Origin: Amphiscolops sp. MND2022
Lineage: Eukaryota
Direction of reading: 5' to 3'
Assembly: GCA_964187785.1 (NCBI GenBank)
Contig: OZ076409.1
Span: 20,152,001 to 20,216,000 of the forward strand
Length of the DNA: 64,000 nt
Position 1 is the stretch's first letter. Each line of letters opens with the position of its first letter. Shown here piece by piece: positions 26,301 to 37,632 of the stretch. The notes below the pieces were generated by a model. That model was given only the letters and a program-made list of their open reading frames with translations. It did not search any database and was not told the origin of the DNA. A program made the translations under genes and the position numbers.

Positions 26301-27521
26301 TCATTTGTGAATATCGGTTTTTTAACTGGCCTTGTGTATAGCACTCCAATGTTCGCCTTCTCTATAGTGCGTTGTTTTGCATAATCTCCTTTACTGGTTG
26401 CATTCTCGAATTTCTGCCTTGGGGATTCTCTTCATTAGATGTTTTCGGAACCTCTCGTTGGAGAAGCACTACGTCTCTTGCAGCTATGTCTAATTGTTGT
26501 ATTTCTGTTGCGGTGAGCAATTCTTTCGTCACCTTTTGTCTCCTAGCTTCTGGTTGACTAGGAGAAGGGGCTGGAGTTGCCCTGTTTTCTCTTGAACTCG
26601 ATTGGTCGCCTTGTTCCCTGGCTCTCTTTCCGGCATTGAGTTTATCTCGAAGGTCCATGGGGGCATTGGTGGTTTTATTTTCTGTCCGTTGTTGCTCCTG
26701 CTGACGTTCTTTCAACTTGGGGTCTTTCTAGAAGCCTATCAGGCGACTAGGTTCATATCTTGGAGGTTCGTTTCTAGATGAGGATGACGTCAACTCTTCG
26801 TATGAGTCTTTGAAGGTGACTGTTCTCTGCCTTAATGATTTTCTCTTGTCTGTACTCCTGTCGTGGTTTGTTCAATTTCTGTTGGACTCACTTGCACCCC
26901 ATCCCTCAAAAAGGCAATAAGGAGCATGAAGTTAGTTGATGAGTGTGTGAGTGAGTGCACGCTTTCAGATGCCAGGGGCATGGGTGGTGTCAAAATGGGG
27001 GAGGAACTAAGGGCAGGGTGCAGTTGAAAGTTGTATGTTGTATCGGCGGAGGAGGAGCCACAGGCTGCGAAAGGGAGGTTGTGGTGCATAGAAAAGTTGT
27101 TGTATGGTAGGCAGGGATATTCTAAAGAACGTTCTTGGTCCATGAGAGGCCTGGTAGGCTCTCCGTAAATCATGTGGGAGCGTGGATCGATTAGCTTATG
27201 GTACAGGTCGTAGCCTTGCCAAGCTCCATCGCGAAAGGTGGCGGAACGCTCAAGCGGCCCTATGCTACTGGTGATGGTCAGTAAAACCTCTGGGTGTGCT
27301 GCTTGCGCTTGCATCTGGGCTATGATCATGGCAAAGCCAGCGATCATTGTGGGGGTGGCCCCATCTTGTAGCGCTTGTTGGACTAAGGCAAGCTGGTCGA
27401 TTCGACCATTGACTTCGCCAACAGATGTGGGGGTGCTGGTAGTTAAGGAATTGGCAGCACGTTGTCGTTGGTTTTGTTGACTGGTAGGTGCGGGCATACG
27501 ATTGCGTGAGGAAGCATCCAT
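23372..27521 (-). pseudogene. ORF3, ~1380 aa when reassembled; SGNH/GDSL-like domain and acidic disordered tail; not env-like
   Basis: Chain of abutting minus-strand ORFs: 26832..27644 (ATG 27521), 26362..26715, 25709..26344, 25331..25699, 25065..25319, 24635..25078, 24507..24824, 23995..24489, 23372..24034. Confidence 0.8.
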
Positions 27522-27854
27522 TGATGATGGGTCGGATAGCGCTGGCGGGTGATACAACGAAATAGATGAAGCAAGGTGATGGTGAAATATAGGATGGCTG
27601 CGCAAGGGCGAAGCAACAGGACAAAACTGAAAAGCAAGTTTCAAATGAACATAAAAGGAAAGATCTTGAACAGACTGAAAACAGATGGGACAAACACAGG
27701 GTTATAAAATTGGAAAGGACAGTGCTTAGGATTAAAAGGTCTTTAGTATGATACTTTATCGTTAAAAGGGGTAGAGTTCGTTCTGTCATAAAAAAAATTA
27801 TATCTAAAACAGTGGTGGTGAATGAAAAGTGGGAAGTCCACTGGCCTTACAGTT

Positions 27855-30800
27855 TCAGGGATTGTCCGTGGTCCTTACATAGGATGAAGTTACCGATGCA
27901 ATGGAAACGTAAACGCGGTCGTGGAGAATTATTTCAAGGTTATGACCCGTGAAGTGGTCGCGGAGCGTGGCGTACCATTTTGATAATAGGTTTATTGATC
28001 TTTCTGGGTCATAGATTGGCAAGTAAAATCGCGTGACGCGACGTTGGTGGAGTTGATGTAGGAGATGCGTGAGGCATGCGTGTAGGGTTTCATGCAGGAG
28101 CGAATGTTTATTTGAGGCTCTGGTACACAGGAAAAAAATTTGATTGTTCCAGGGTGCAGTAGGCGCGAGCTGTCTAGGCGTACGGCTGTGCCGACTGATG
28201 GCTTTAGGCGGAATATGTTTTCTTGCCCATATTCGCGAATGACATAGCGATCTGTTGCAGAGTAAGAAAATAAGACTACGGTGCCTGGGGCCTGTAGGAT
28301 ATCTGTGTTGGAATAAGTTATCCAGGGCAGGTAGCTTGGTCTGGTTTTTGGTTGCGTTATGAGCCTTTTCCCTGCAGCATCGTCGTTGATGTCGATTGAG
28401 TGGGGTGTCAAATGTTCGCTCGACGTTCTTCCTTTACCGTGTGACGTAAGGGGCGGTCGCCCATGTTGATGCATGACCAGTCGTGTATTATGGAGAGGGC
28501 TTCGAGGGAGTGTATGGCGCTTCCGGTGTGTATGTTAATCGATCTAAGATGTGGATCTTGGCTTGTCGGCAGAAGGTGATAGCTATCAGTTGTAAGCAAT
28601 GTTGACTCAAAAACTTTCCGCGGTAGATGTCGGCAAGGTGGAATCAGAGAGTGTCATCTACGTCTACGAGGGTGCGCAAGTTTTCTAGACATATCAATAG
28701 CGTGGTTGGGGAGACTAGGGAGGAGTGATCGAGGGAAGTGACCAAGAGCCACCAGCCGTGGGTAGGTAGGTTGGTAGACGTCACCCGGGGGGAGACCACC
28801 TGATACTTCTCCCATAATTTGTGCGCAGTGATGCAGCGAAGCATCTCTGCATTGGTGCATGCTTTATCCACTTCTCCAAAAGTAATCGAGGGTGGTAACG
28901 GGAGAATAATCGCGGTTAGAGTAAATTCCAGTCCACTATGCTGATTAGAAGTCCATTCTTTAAAGCGGTAAGTAGAGCAGTCGGAGGGGAAGAGTCCTGC
29001 ATTGCTTTTAACGTGGATTCTATAGGTGGTACTACACCGGATTCTGTACTGGTATAGGTCTTTTCCACGGTCACGATGATGTGGGGTACAAAAGGTGAGG
29101 GTTCGTGTTCTTGACGCTGGGCTCGCACGGCTAGGATCCCATATTGCGGGTGTTCAGGTGTGCGTGTCGGAGCGAATTCACAAGCTGGGATGAGCGCTCC
29201 CCGGGCCAATCGAAGACTTGGGGGCTCGATGAGGATTTGGCGTACTCAAGTACAGTTACAGGAACCGCAGGTTCCACATTTATATCGTGGTGCTCGATTT
29301 GCTCGTAGCTGGTATCGTGGTGTCCGTGTTGAAACATTTCCGTGTGGACCGGATTGAGTAGATGAGGGGCTCTCAAGGATCTCATGCAATGTCATTGCTC
29401 TATCGTGAGTTCCAGGTTGGGCTCTAGTAGAGAATCTCGTTCTGGGTCCTTTTCTGGGCCGCAGTGGTGGCTTCCGAGAAGATGTTGTGCTTCTACTAGA
29501 GGAAGTGGTGCGCTGGTTTCCGCGACCAGGGGGTCTACCTCGTGGTCTTCCTGGTGCGCTTACATTTTTTGGTTGGGCTGGGAGTGAGGATGTTTCAGGG
29601 TTCTGACTATCCTGCTCGGCATTGGTCCTTGTGGCTGCTCTTCTTGTGCTAAGGGCCTTGACTCACTCGGGTTGAAGAGGGGGATGTTGCTTAGGGTGTC
29701 TGTAAGCGATGGGTTGGATAATAATGGAGCTGATGTCCCTGAGGGTGATGGTATCAAAGTTTCGGTGAGCATCTCTAGTTGAACTTCTTCTTGATCGGAG
29801 AATAGGGTCTCCAAGTCGTCGAGTTCTGGGGATACCACCTGAGGAGTTGGGTCTGGGATTGGCGGTTCTGTTATTGCTGGCTCCGAGTCGGAGTCAGATG
29901 GGTAATCGAAGTGACTGAATCTTCTTCGTGGGATTCCCTGTTCGAGAGCAGTCTGTGTGCGGGTTTGGATAGTCCGCGAGGGAACCGGTCTGGTTGGTTT
30001 CAATTCGAAAGATGCCTTTGGGAGCTGTTCCGGTACAAATGAATCTCGGGAGACGTCTGAGGTGATTTCTTCATTAGATTCCTCCACATGTGGATCGGCT
30101 ATTATGGCTACGTTCTGGTCTGGTCCGAGTGGTTGGTGTGTGGCCCAGTCCCAAGGGGCGGGTACGTGTTTTTTTCAGTATTCCATAATTGACCTTTTGG
30201 CCAGTACCAAATACGTAGAGACGTCCGTCTTGTAATACATCGGTTACTTTGTGGGGTCGGCGCCATGCGCGAATCAGTTTACGGGTGCCACCCTTGGGGA
30301 TTATGTGGCAGAAAACCCAAACAGCGTCGCCAACGGCATGTGCTTTTGCCTTGAGGTGGCAGTCAAACTTCAATTTTTGCCTGAGCTGGGCTTGGTGGGT
30401 ATTTCTTCGAACTAACTCATGAATTTCTTGTTGACTTGCCAGCGGGTGTTCCACGAATTCCTCTTAGAGTTGAATCCTCGTGCTGCGAATTCTGGGTATA
30501 TGAATTACAATGGAATGGATTTTTTGCGCCATGTTGGAGCATGTATGGCGAGAATCCTGTTGTGGCTTGCCTGGTCAAATTATAGGCACCCAACACTCTG
30601 TCAATATGTTCAACCCAGTCTTGCATTCTGCGTGACGTGTAGACTCTAAGTAAGGTAAGCAAGGTTCTGTTCTGGCGTTCGACGAGTCCATTACCCCTGG
30701 GATGTGCGGGCGTGGATGTCACTTTGGTGACTTGTGATGCCTTCATTATTTCTTGAGCTATTTCAGCAGTGAAATTTGTCGCATTGTCTGATTGCATTCG

Positions 30801-33800
30801 TGCCGGGGTGTCATGCCTGGCAAACCATTTGTTGAGGATGATCTTCGCCGTGGTTTGCGCGTCATATTCGTCGTGGGCGCATGGGATGGCTTCTGCGAGT
30901 TTAGTGAAGTGATCAAATAAGACTAGCAGTCCAGTGTTGCCCGAATCGGTCTTACAAAGCTTCAGGTGGTCGAATTGCACCAGATCGTTGAAATTGCTAC
31001 TGTTTATGTTTTGCAAAAGATAGCAAAGGTTTCTCGCTGGGTGTTTAGCCTGCTGACATGTCAAGCATTGTTTGATGTGATTTACAACATCTCTTTTGAT
31101 CCCCGGCCAGGTGTGTCGCTCTTGTATTCTTGCTAACACTTTTCCCACGCCTTGATGTCCGGATTCGTCGTGTACTCGATATGGGATCTCGTGTTGGAAG
31201 AGTTGTGGCATGACGATCATACATGGGCGCACGTGCAGTGCACATTGTTGTGGGACGTAATTGACACAGAGTATGTCGTCAGAATTCAAGAAAAGTAGTT
31301 TTTTTCTGGTTATAGTAACGTTTCGCGAAGTCTTGCACCTCATCAGGGAACACTGGGTCTTCTAAGGGTTCATTTTTGATAAACTTTTTCAATGCTAGGA
31401 GGTGCATATCTCTGTTCTGAGCCAGGTGCAGATCTTTCAGACCATATTTGGTCAGGTGGTGTTCGTGGAGTTCTGTTCCAATGGTCCTGAGGACGTCTGC
31501 TTGTATTTGACACTCGATGGGTAATTCGCTCAAGGTTGGGTCAGTGACATCTATTCGTGCTGGAGGCACTCTGGTTGTGATGCTCAAAATGCAGTTTGGT
31601 CTTTTGTCTTCTTCAAGGGTTGGCGTGGTTTCCCATTGGATTTGAGGATACCAAGGAGTATCTCCGGGTTGTTCTTCTATGGTTTTGCTTTTCCTTTTCT
31701 TTTTTAAGATATACAATAGGTGTAGGCGTGCGTTTTAAGATCACAATAGGGGTGTTCCGGTGGAAGGTCAGGGTGATATGGGATGATACGACCATGCTTA
31801 TCAAAGTATGGTACGGTGGGAAGGTCATTGTAGTCTTTTTGTGACATGAAATTAAACCCTTCGCTCACTTCTGGCAGTTTTTCGAGGATTCGTTCGCGAT
31901 GAATGTAATCATTGGTTCTTTTACTGAGTCCGTCAACGTTTCGGTGTTGTGAGCGGGGTCGGTGGACTGTTTTGAAATGATACTGGTCTAGGCGCGTGAT
32001 CCATCGACCGATCATGGTTTGATCCATTCAATAGGTTTTTAACCATGATACTGCTTGATTGTCCACGCGGAGCGTGAATTCTCGTCCGGCTAAGTATGAA
32101 TGGAACTATTCGACGAAGTAGAAAACCGCGTACATCTCCAACTTCGGAGCTCCATAGTTCTGCTGGGTTCTTGTTAGTGATTTGCTGCCATAGACCATGG
32201 GCCTCAGGATGGTTTTTCCATTGTGTTCTTGCTCTTGATGTAGGGTGCCCGCTATTGCAACAGTGCTCTCGTCTGTGTCTAGCACAAAACTTCCTTGCTC
32301 GTTTGGTGCGGCTAAAGTGGTTGCATCTGCTAGGGCTCGCTTCACCGAGTCAAAGGCTTCTTGGTGCTTATTTTCCCAGTAGAAGTGTTGGTTTTTCTTT
32401 AACAACTCTTGACTGGGTTGCACTTTGGCTGCACGGAAAGGGACGAAGTCGCGGTAATAGTTGGCAAATCCTAAGAAGCTTTGCAGTTCCTCCTTGTTTC
32501 TGGTGGTAACCATTCCTGGATTTCGACTACTGCTTCTGGGTCCGGCTTGATTCCCTCGGCTGATACCACTCGTCCCAGGTACTTTGTTTCCGTACGCATG
32601 AAAACGCAATTCTCTGCTCGCATTTTAAAACCTGCTTCTCTAAGACATTCAAATATTTCTTTGATTCTCGCGATGTGGTCTTCGATTGTTTCAGTTGCGA
32701 TTACAATGTCGTCGATGTAGGCCATGAAGACACTTCCATGTCTTTGCTGAATTTTTTGGAGGGCTCTAGTAATGGATCGTTGGAAGGTAGCTGATGCATT
32801 GCAGAGCCCAAAGGGCATGCGTCGCTATTCAAATAGACCCAGTTCGCAAGCAAATGCAGTCTTCCTTCTGCCGCATTTCTTTAGTGGTAGTTGCCAAAAG
32901 GCCCACGCCAAATTGATGCTCGTAAAGATTTTTGCGTTGCCTATTCTTGACAGACTCTCGTCTATTCTTGGCAGGGGGAAGGCGTCTTTTACGGTCACTT
33001 CGTTTAGCGGTCGAAAGTCACAACAGAAGCGAAGTTCGCCCGTCTTTTCCTTCACCATGACTATTCCACTCGCCCATGGCGAGTAGGAAGGTTGGATTAG
33101 GCCTAGGGCTAGTAAGTTTCTCGCTTCTTGATTAGCTTTGGCAGCTTTGTCGGGAGACATGCGCCAGGCGCCTTGTCTGTGGGGAATGGCCTCTGGCTCT
33201 AGTTCGATGCGGTGTTTGGCTATTGTGCACTTTTCTATGTCAGCTTTATGTTTCATGAACAGATCATCATATTCATTCAAACCTTTTGCAAGTTGGACCC
33301 TTGCACCCTCCCCCCAAAAAGAAAAGAAAGAACAGAGGAGAGATCTGGACCTGGGATGGGTTTTAACAATTGCGGATCAGTTCTTGCATGCTTCTCCTTC
33401 TCGGCTAGGCTTTCTTCTGATATGTCAGTGGAGGATAAAAAGTTTTGGGCAAAGGAGCAAAATTCAGTACTTGTGTCACTCAAGTCCACAACATTAATAT
33501 TATTAACATGTTCTACAGAAGTTACTGAAGTTTCATCAGTTTGGTCGACCAGAATTGGTTTGAACACAAAGGTTGTTGGCTCTGCCTTACCCAGGACAGT
33601 TTTGTTTTGGAGTGTCAAGTTTTCGTTGGCTGTCCGGTTTCTTACGGCTAGGAAAACCATGCCGTCTTCTCCTACCGTTGTCAGGGTGTTTTCTGAAACA
33701 AATGAGCACTTATTGTGCACCCCGCTGGGGCGTATCATTACGTTGCGGAAAAGGTATTCGTTGGTGTCCTGAGAGATTACTTGGGCTTTGAATAGTTTGA

Positions 33801-34718
33801 GTTCAAAGGGGCCTAGTACTACTTTTTCGGTGGAAACAACTAGGGAAGGTTTATGGTTACTAACCTCATGGATGGGTTTGAAATGGCGAGGAGTTTTTGG
33901 GTCTCGAATGGTGACTCTCATTGCAGTTAGGTCGTCGAGGACGTTATAGGTGCGCAAAAAGTTGCGGCCTAGCAAGAAGTGTTCTGCTCCCAAGTGATCT
34001 GCGATGACGATGAAGTTTGTTTTCAGCGTGTGACCACCTAATTGGAAGTTTACGTTTTCGGCTATACCGATGGTGTTAATGGTTTGCCATTGGCTGCAAA
34101 CAGTTGGACATCGTATGGTAGAAGGCTCAAGGTGTGGGCGGAGGCGATTTTTTGGTATGCGGCAAGTGAGAGGATGGAGACTCCTGAACCTGTGTCGATC
34201 ATGCCAAACAGCGGGATGGGTTCTTGCAAGGTGGTGCCAAAGGCAACTACCAGCGAAGCCCTTTCGTCTATCCTAGCTTCCCCCTGTGGGTCTTGGACGC
34301 TGATTATGTAGCATCGCAGTTCTTGGCGGCCTATGTATAGTCCCTGGGGGAAGTGTCCTTGTATTACTACTATTGCGTCGAATTTTATGTCTACGCCATC
34401 TACACTGAAAGCCACTGGGACTGGAGAAACTGTCTTCACCTTTTGGATGGGTGCCAATTTGGTTTCGTCTTCTCTGGCGAAGTGCGGTAATGGTCGAGCG
34501 GCGATTGTGTATTTGGTATTTCTGCATAGCTCTTCCTTAAGCTGGGCCAATGTCAATTCGGGGCGTAATTTTTGTTCAGCCGAGAGGAGCAGATGAATCG
34601 AAATGAGGGTCTCGGTGCAGTTCGGGGCGGGTGCGTCCAGCGTGGTGAGCACCTGTTTTTCGCCACAAGTGACAACAATGGGTCGTGTTGGGCCTCCGGC
34701 TTCAGCTACTGAAATCAC
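27855..34718 (-). pseudogene. pol: pol: tandem protease, dUTPase-like spacer, RT, RNase H, integrase, long C-terminal extension with macrodomain; frameshifted
   Basis: IDTGSG and LLGRNFL (PR); SPWASGIV, DFRPLN, MPFGLCNA, YIDD (RT); LDTD/LEMYAV (RH); HDESGH..CLTC, FDH, SDNA, NGLVER (IN); WRRPHKV (GPY/F-like). Coding-like fragments continue to a TGA at 27855. Confidence 0.93.
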
Positions 34719-34788
34719 TCGGACTTGGTCGTCTGGTGGCGAATTATCAAAATTGGCTGGTTTGAGGGGTATACCATGCTGCCCTTAT

Positions 34789-37632
34789 TTAATCTTCTTG
34801 CTTGGGGTTTTCTGGGGCCATACATTCGGATGCTGAGTGTTCGGTGCAGCCACAAATGACGCAGAAGGCTACAGTTCCCTGGGTTGGTAGTGACGCAGGA
34901 TAAACTTCATTTTTAATTCCGTGTGGTTGGGATGGGCAGGTCCACCCTCCGTATGGGTTTGTGTGGCAAGAGTTGACTTGTTGTTGTACCGGTTTTCTTG
35001 CGCGATCCCTTAGTGGGCAGTCTATTACAAAGTGTGATGGATCACCACAGTTGAAACACGCTCTTTGAGGTTGTTGCCTATATGGTGCAGGTTGTTGGAG
35101 CGGAAGTTGTTGGACGGGTTGTTGAGCAAGTTGTGCAGGAGGGGGAACTGCCAAAGGCAATTTTGGTTGTTGTGGCTGCTGAGGGGCCATTTGATAGTTT
35201 TCTAGGAGGCGCCACGCATGCGCAGGTATTGTTGAACAGTGAACCGAAGCGCTTCCACCGTTGGAGGAGCTTCTACGTATTGTTCTGGAGCATACATTAA
35301 CGCGAGATTTCGTTTTAATTCAAAGTTGCGTACTCCTTCTCTGAATCTTTGCGTCATTTCGTATCGTCGAACGGTTACTTCTTCGTTCAGGTAACCTTGG
35401 CTACGTAGGCCTTCGAGGGCGTCTAGATACTGCATATAGTCCTCTTCACTGTTTTGGTTTCTGGTTCTGAATTGTTGTTGGATATGGATCTTGCTTGACC
35501 CTGTTCCGAATCGGCGTGCCAGCAAGGCGAAGACTTTCTCGTCAGTATCTTTCTCTGCCTCGGACTTGTTAGTGATGTAATCTCTGACTTCGTGCTCAAG
35601 GTATTCGATTATTGTCGAGGCTTTATCGAGGGGGGTTGCCCTAGCGTGCGCTTTTTCCAGATGGCGTTTCATTAACATCATCCATCCGTCGGTGTTGCCA
35701 ACTTTCGTTCCTCGATACTTCGCTGGTTTGTTTTTTGATTCCTTGGCTGCCAGTGGTGGTTCGAGGCCCTTTGACCTCGCGGTTGATATGACTTCTGCCA
35801 AGGCTTGCCGTTGATTTGTCCTGGGGGTATCGGGGGTTGGATTCGAAGCATCTGGGGTTTCTCCCGTTTCGCTTGGATCTTGCTCCAACGTTCGTTTAGT
35901 CGTAAGTTTGCGCTGTGTGCTAGTAGCCACCGGCCGCGGGACCAAATCTATGTATGCTTGCTTCGGCTGGTTGGTGCTTGCTGCGGTCCGTGCAGTGTCG
36001 TAGTTCGACTCTCTCGTGGTCATTCCGCTCGCAGGTGAATAATAGTCTCCTGTCGTTGATGCACCGTTGGCATAGGGATCAAAGGAGATGCTAGATAGTG
36101 GATTCGTGCCAACGTCGCGGGACTCAGCCTGGAGGATTCTCGCCATTTTGCTGGTTTTTGGGGGATCTCTCTTGTATGTTGGGGGCGGTATTAGCTTTAA
36201 TGGTTCTGTTTGCTCTACGCTAGGTAGTGCTACTTTCCGATGGGTGGCTTGCAGTGGGGGCGGCACGGCACTAGTTGAAGGTAGGTTGCTGGGAAGGGAT
36301 GCGATCTGCGCCGCTGGCGCTGCTTTCGCTTGTGAAGCGTCTGTTTGAGATGCCATTGCTCTCACTCCTAACGTCAGATCTTTCATTGTGGTCATCAAAT
36401 CTATCATACGGGCGTCTGCGTCGGTTTCCCTGCGCTGCAGTAAGTCAGTCATCAGTTTCAGGCCTTCTTCAGCTTGACGATCTCTTTCTTTCATTACGAC
36501 GGACATTTCGGCCATGCGAGTGTCGGCTTGGTTTTCCCGTTGTTTGATTAGATTGTTCAGAGAAGCCATTGATTCTTCAAGTCTTCCTTGGTTTTGGCGT
36601 CCTTCCGCTTGTATTTCCAGGAGTCCTTTTATCATTTCGTCCAAGTCCCCCATGATGGCGTCGGCGCTCATCGCATGTTCGCCATTTTCTCTCGCCAATC
36701 GTGAATGCACTTTGGAAAGTTGGGCCAGACTGGTTCGGAAGTATTCTCTGACTGCCTGTGACTCTTTTCGTATCTTTGTGACAGTGGAATCTGGGGCTGT
36801 CTCTGAACTTGTTTTGGAACTAGGCGTGTAGGTGGGTCGTTCAGTATTTGTTAGACCAAAGCTCGAGCTCCTTGGTGGGGGCGTTTTAAAGACGTACCGC
36901 AGTGGGTTAGTTTCAATTTGTGTGGACGGGTTTTCAATTTGGTTGTTGGATGCCCTGGATGGTCCTACCTGTTGAGTGTAGGCGCTTGAAAAGGGGTTTC
37001 GATCTGCACTATCAGGGTGGGTCCCTGTGAATTGATGGGGTTCGGGGAGCCGCCAGTGGAGTGGCTAAATCGCTATTTTGCGATGTGGTTTCCTCTGCGG
37101 TGCTCATTTTACATGATGGCTTTTCATTTGAGTTTGGCCATTCCCTTAAACTATAGTCAGTGACTTCTAGAACGGGCCACGTATTGCTTTGCGTGGGGTT
37201 TTCAGCACTATCTAGCAGATTGGCGCTATTGGGGGAAGCTGGCGACGAATTGGGCTGTTCGGCAGCAGCTGTTTTTTCTGCAATCTGCTCTGAGTTGGAA
37301 ACGTAGTCTGACATGAGTTCTGAAAACATTTCTGTGATGGTGGATTCAAGAAGATTGTCGGTGAGGGTTTCACACCTAATGTTGGTTTCCATTTCTTTCC
37401 GAATGGATTCGTGGCATGGAAGTTTCCAAGGCTATTTCTATCCATCTTCGCTGATTCCGTGGCTTGCGAGATTATTGCGATTAAATTTGTTGGTTTGGTT
37501 CGTGGCGTGGTTACCTACGCTATCCTTCCCCTTGGAAATGGAAGTAAGTTGATTCGGTGGAAGGTTTACCGATCGAATGATTGATTCGATTACGGGAATG
37601 AGTGGGTCTGAACGGTGACGTTTCGCTTCCAC
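34789..37632 (-). pseudogene. gag: gag: long N-terminal extension, coiled coil, capsid-like region, two CCHC zinc knuckles; frameshifted
   Basis: ORFs 37438..37632, 37012..37392, 35202..36710 (RFG...QQFRTRNQNSEEDYMQYLDAL, MHR-like) and 34789..35190 (CFNCGDPSHFVIDC; CVICGCTEHSASEC). Confidence 0.9.

Noticed and set aside
23372..27521. env gene
   Set aside because: No evident signal peptide, furin site, Cys-rich ectodomain or C-terminal TM helix.
31318..31350. CTGATGAG...GAAAC on the minus strand
   Set aside because: No stem II pairing; it lies in pol coding sequence (FPDEVQDFAKRY).
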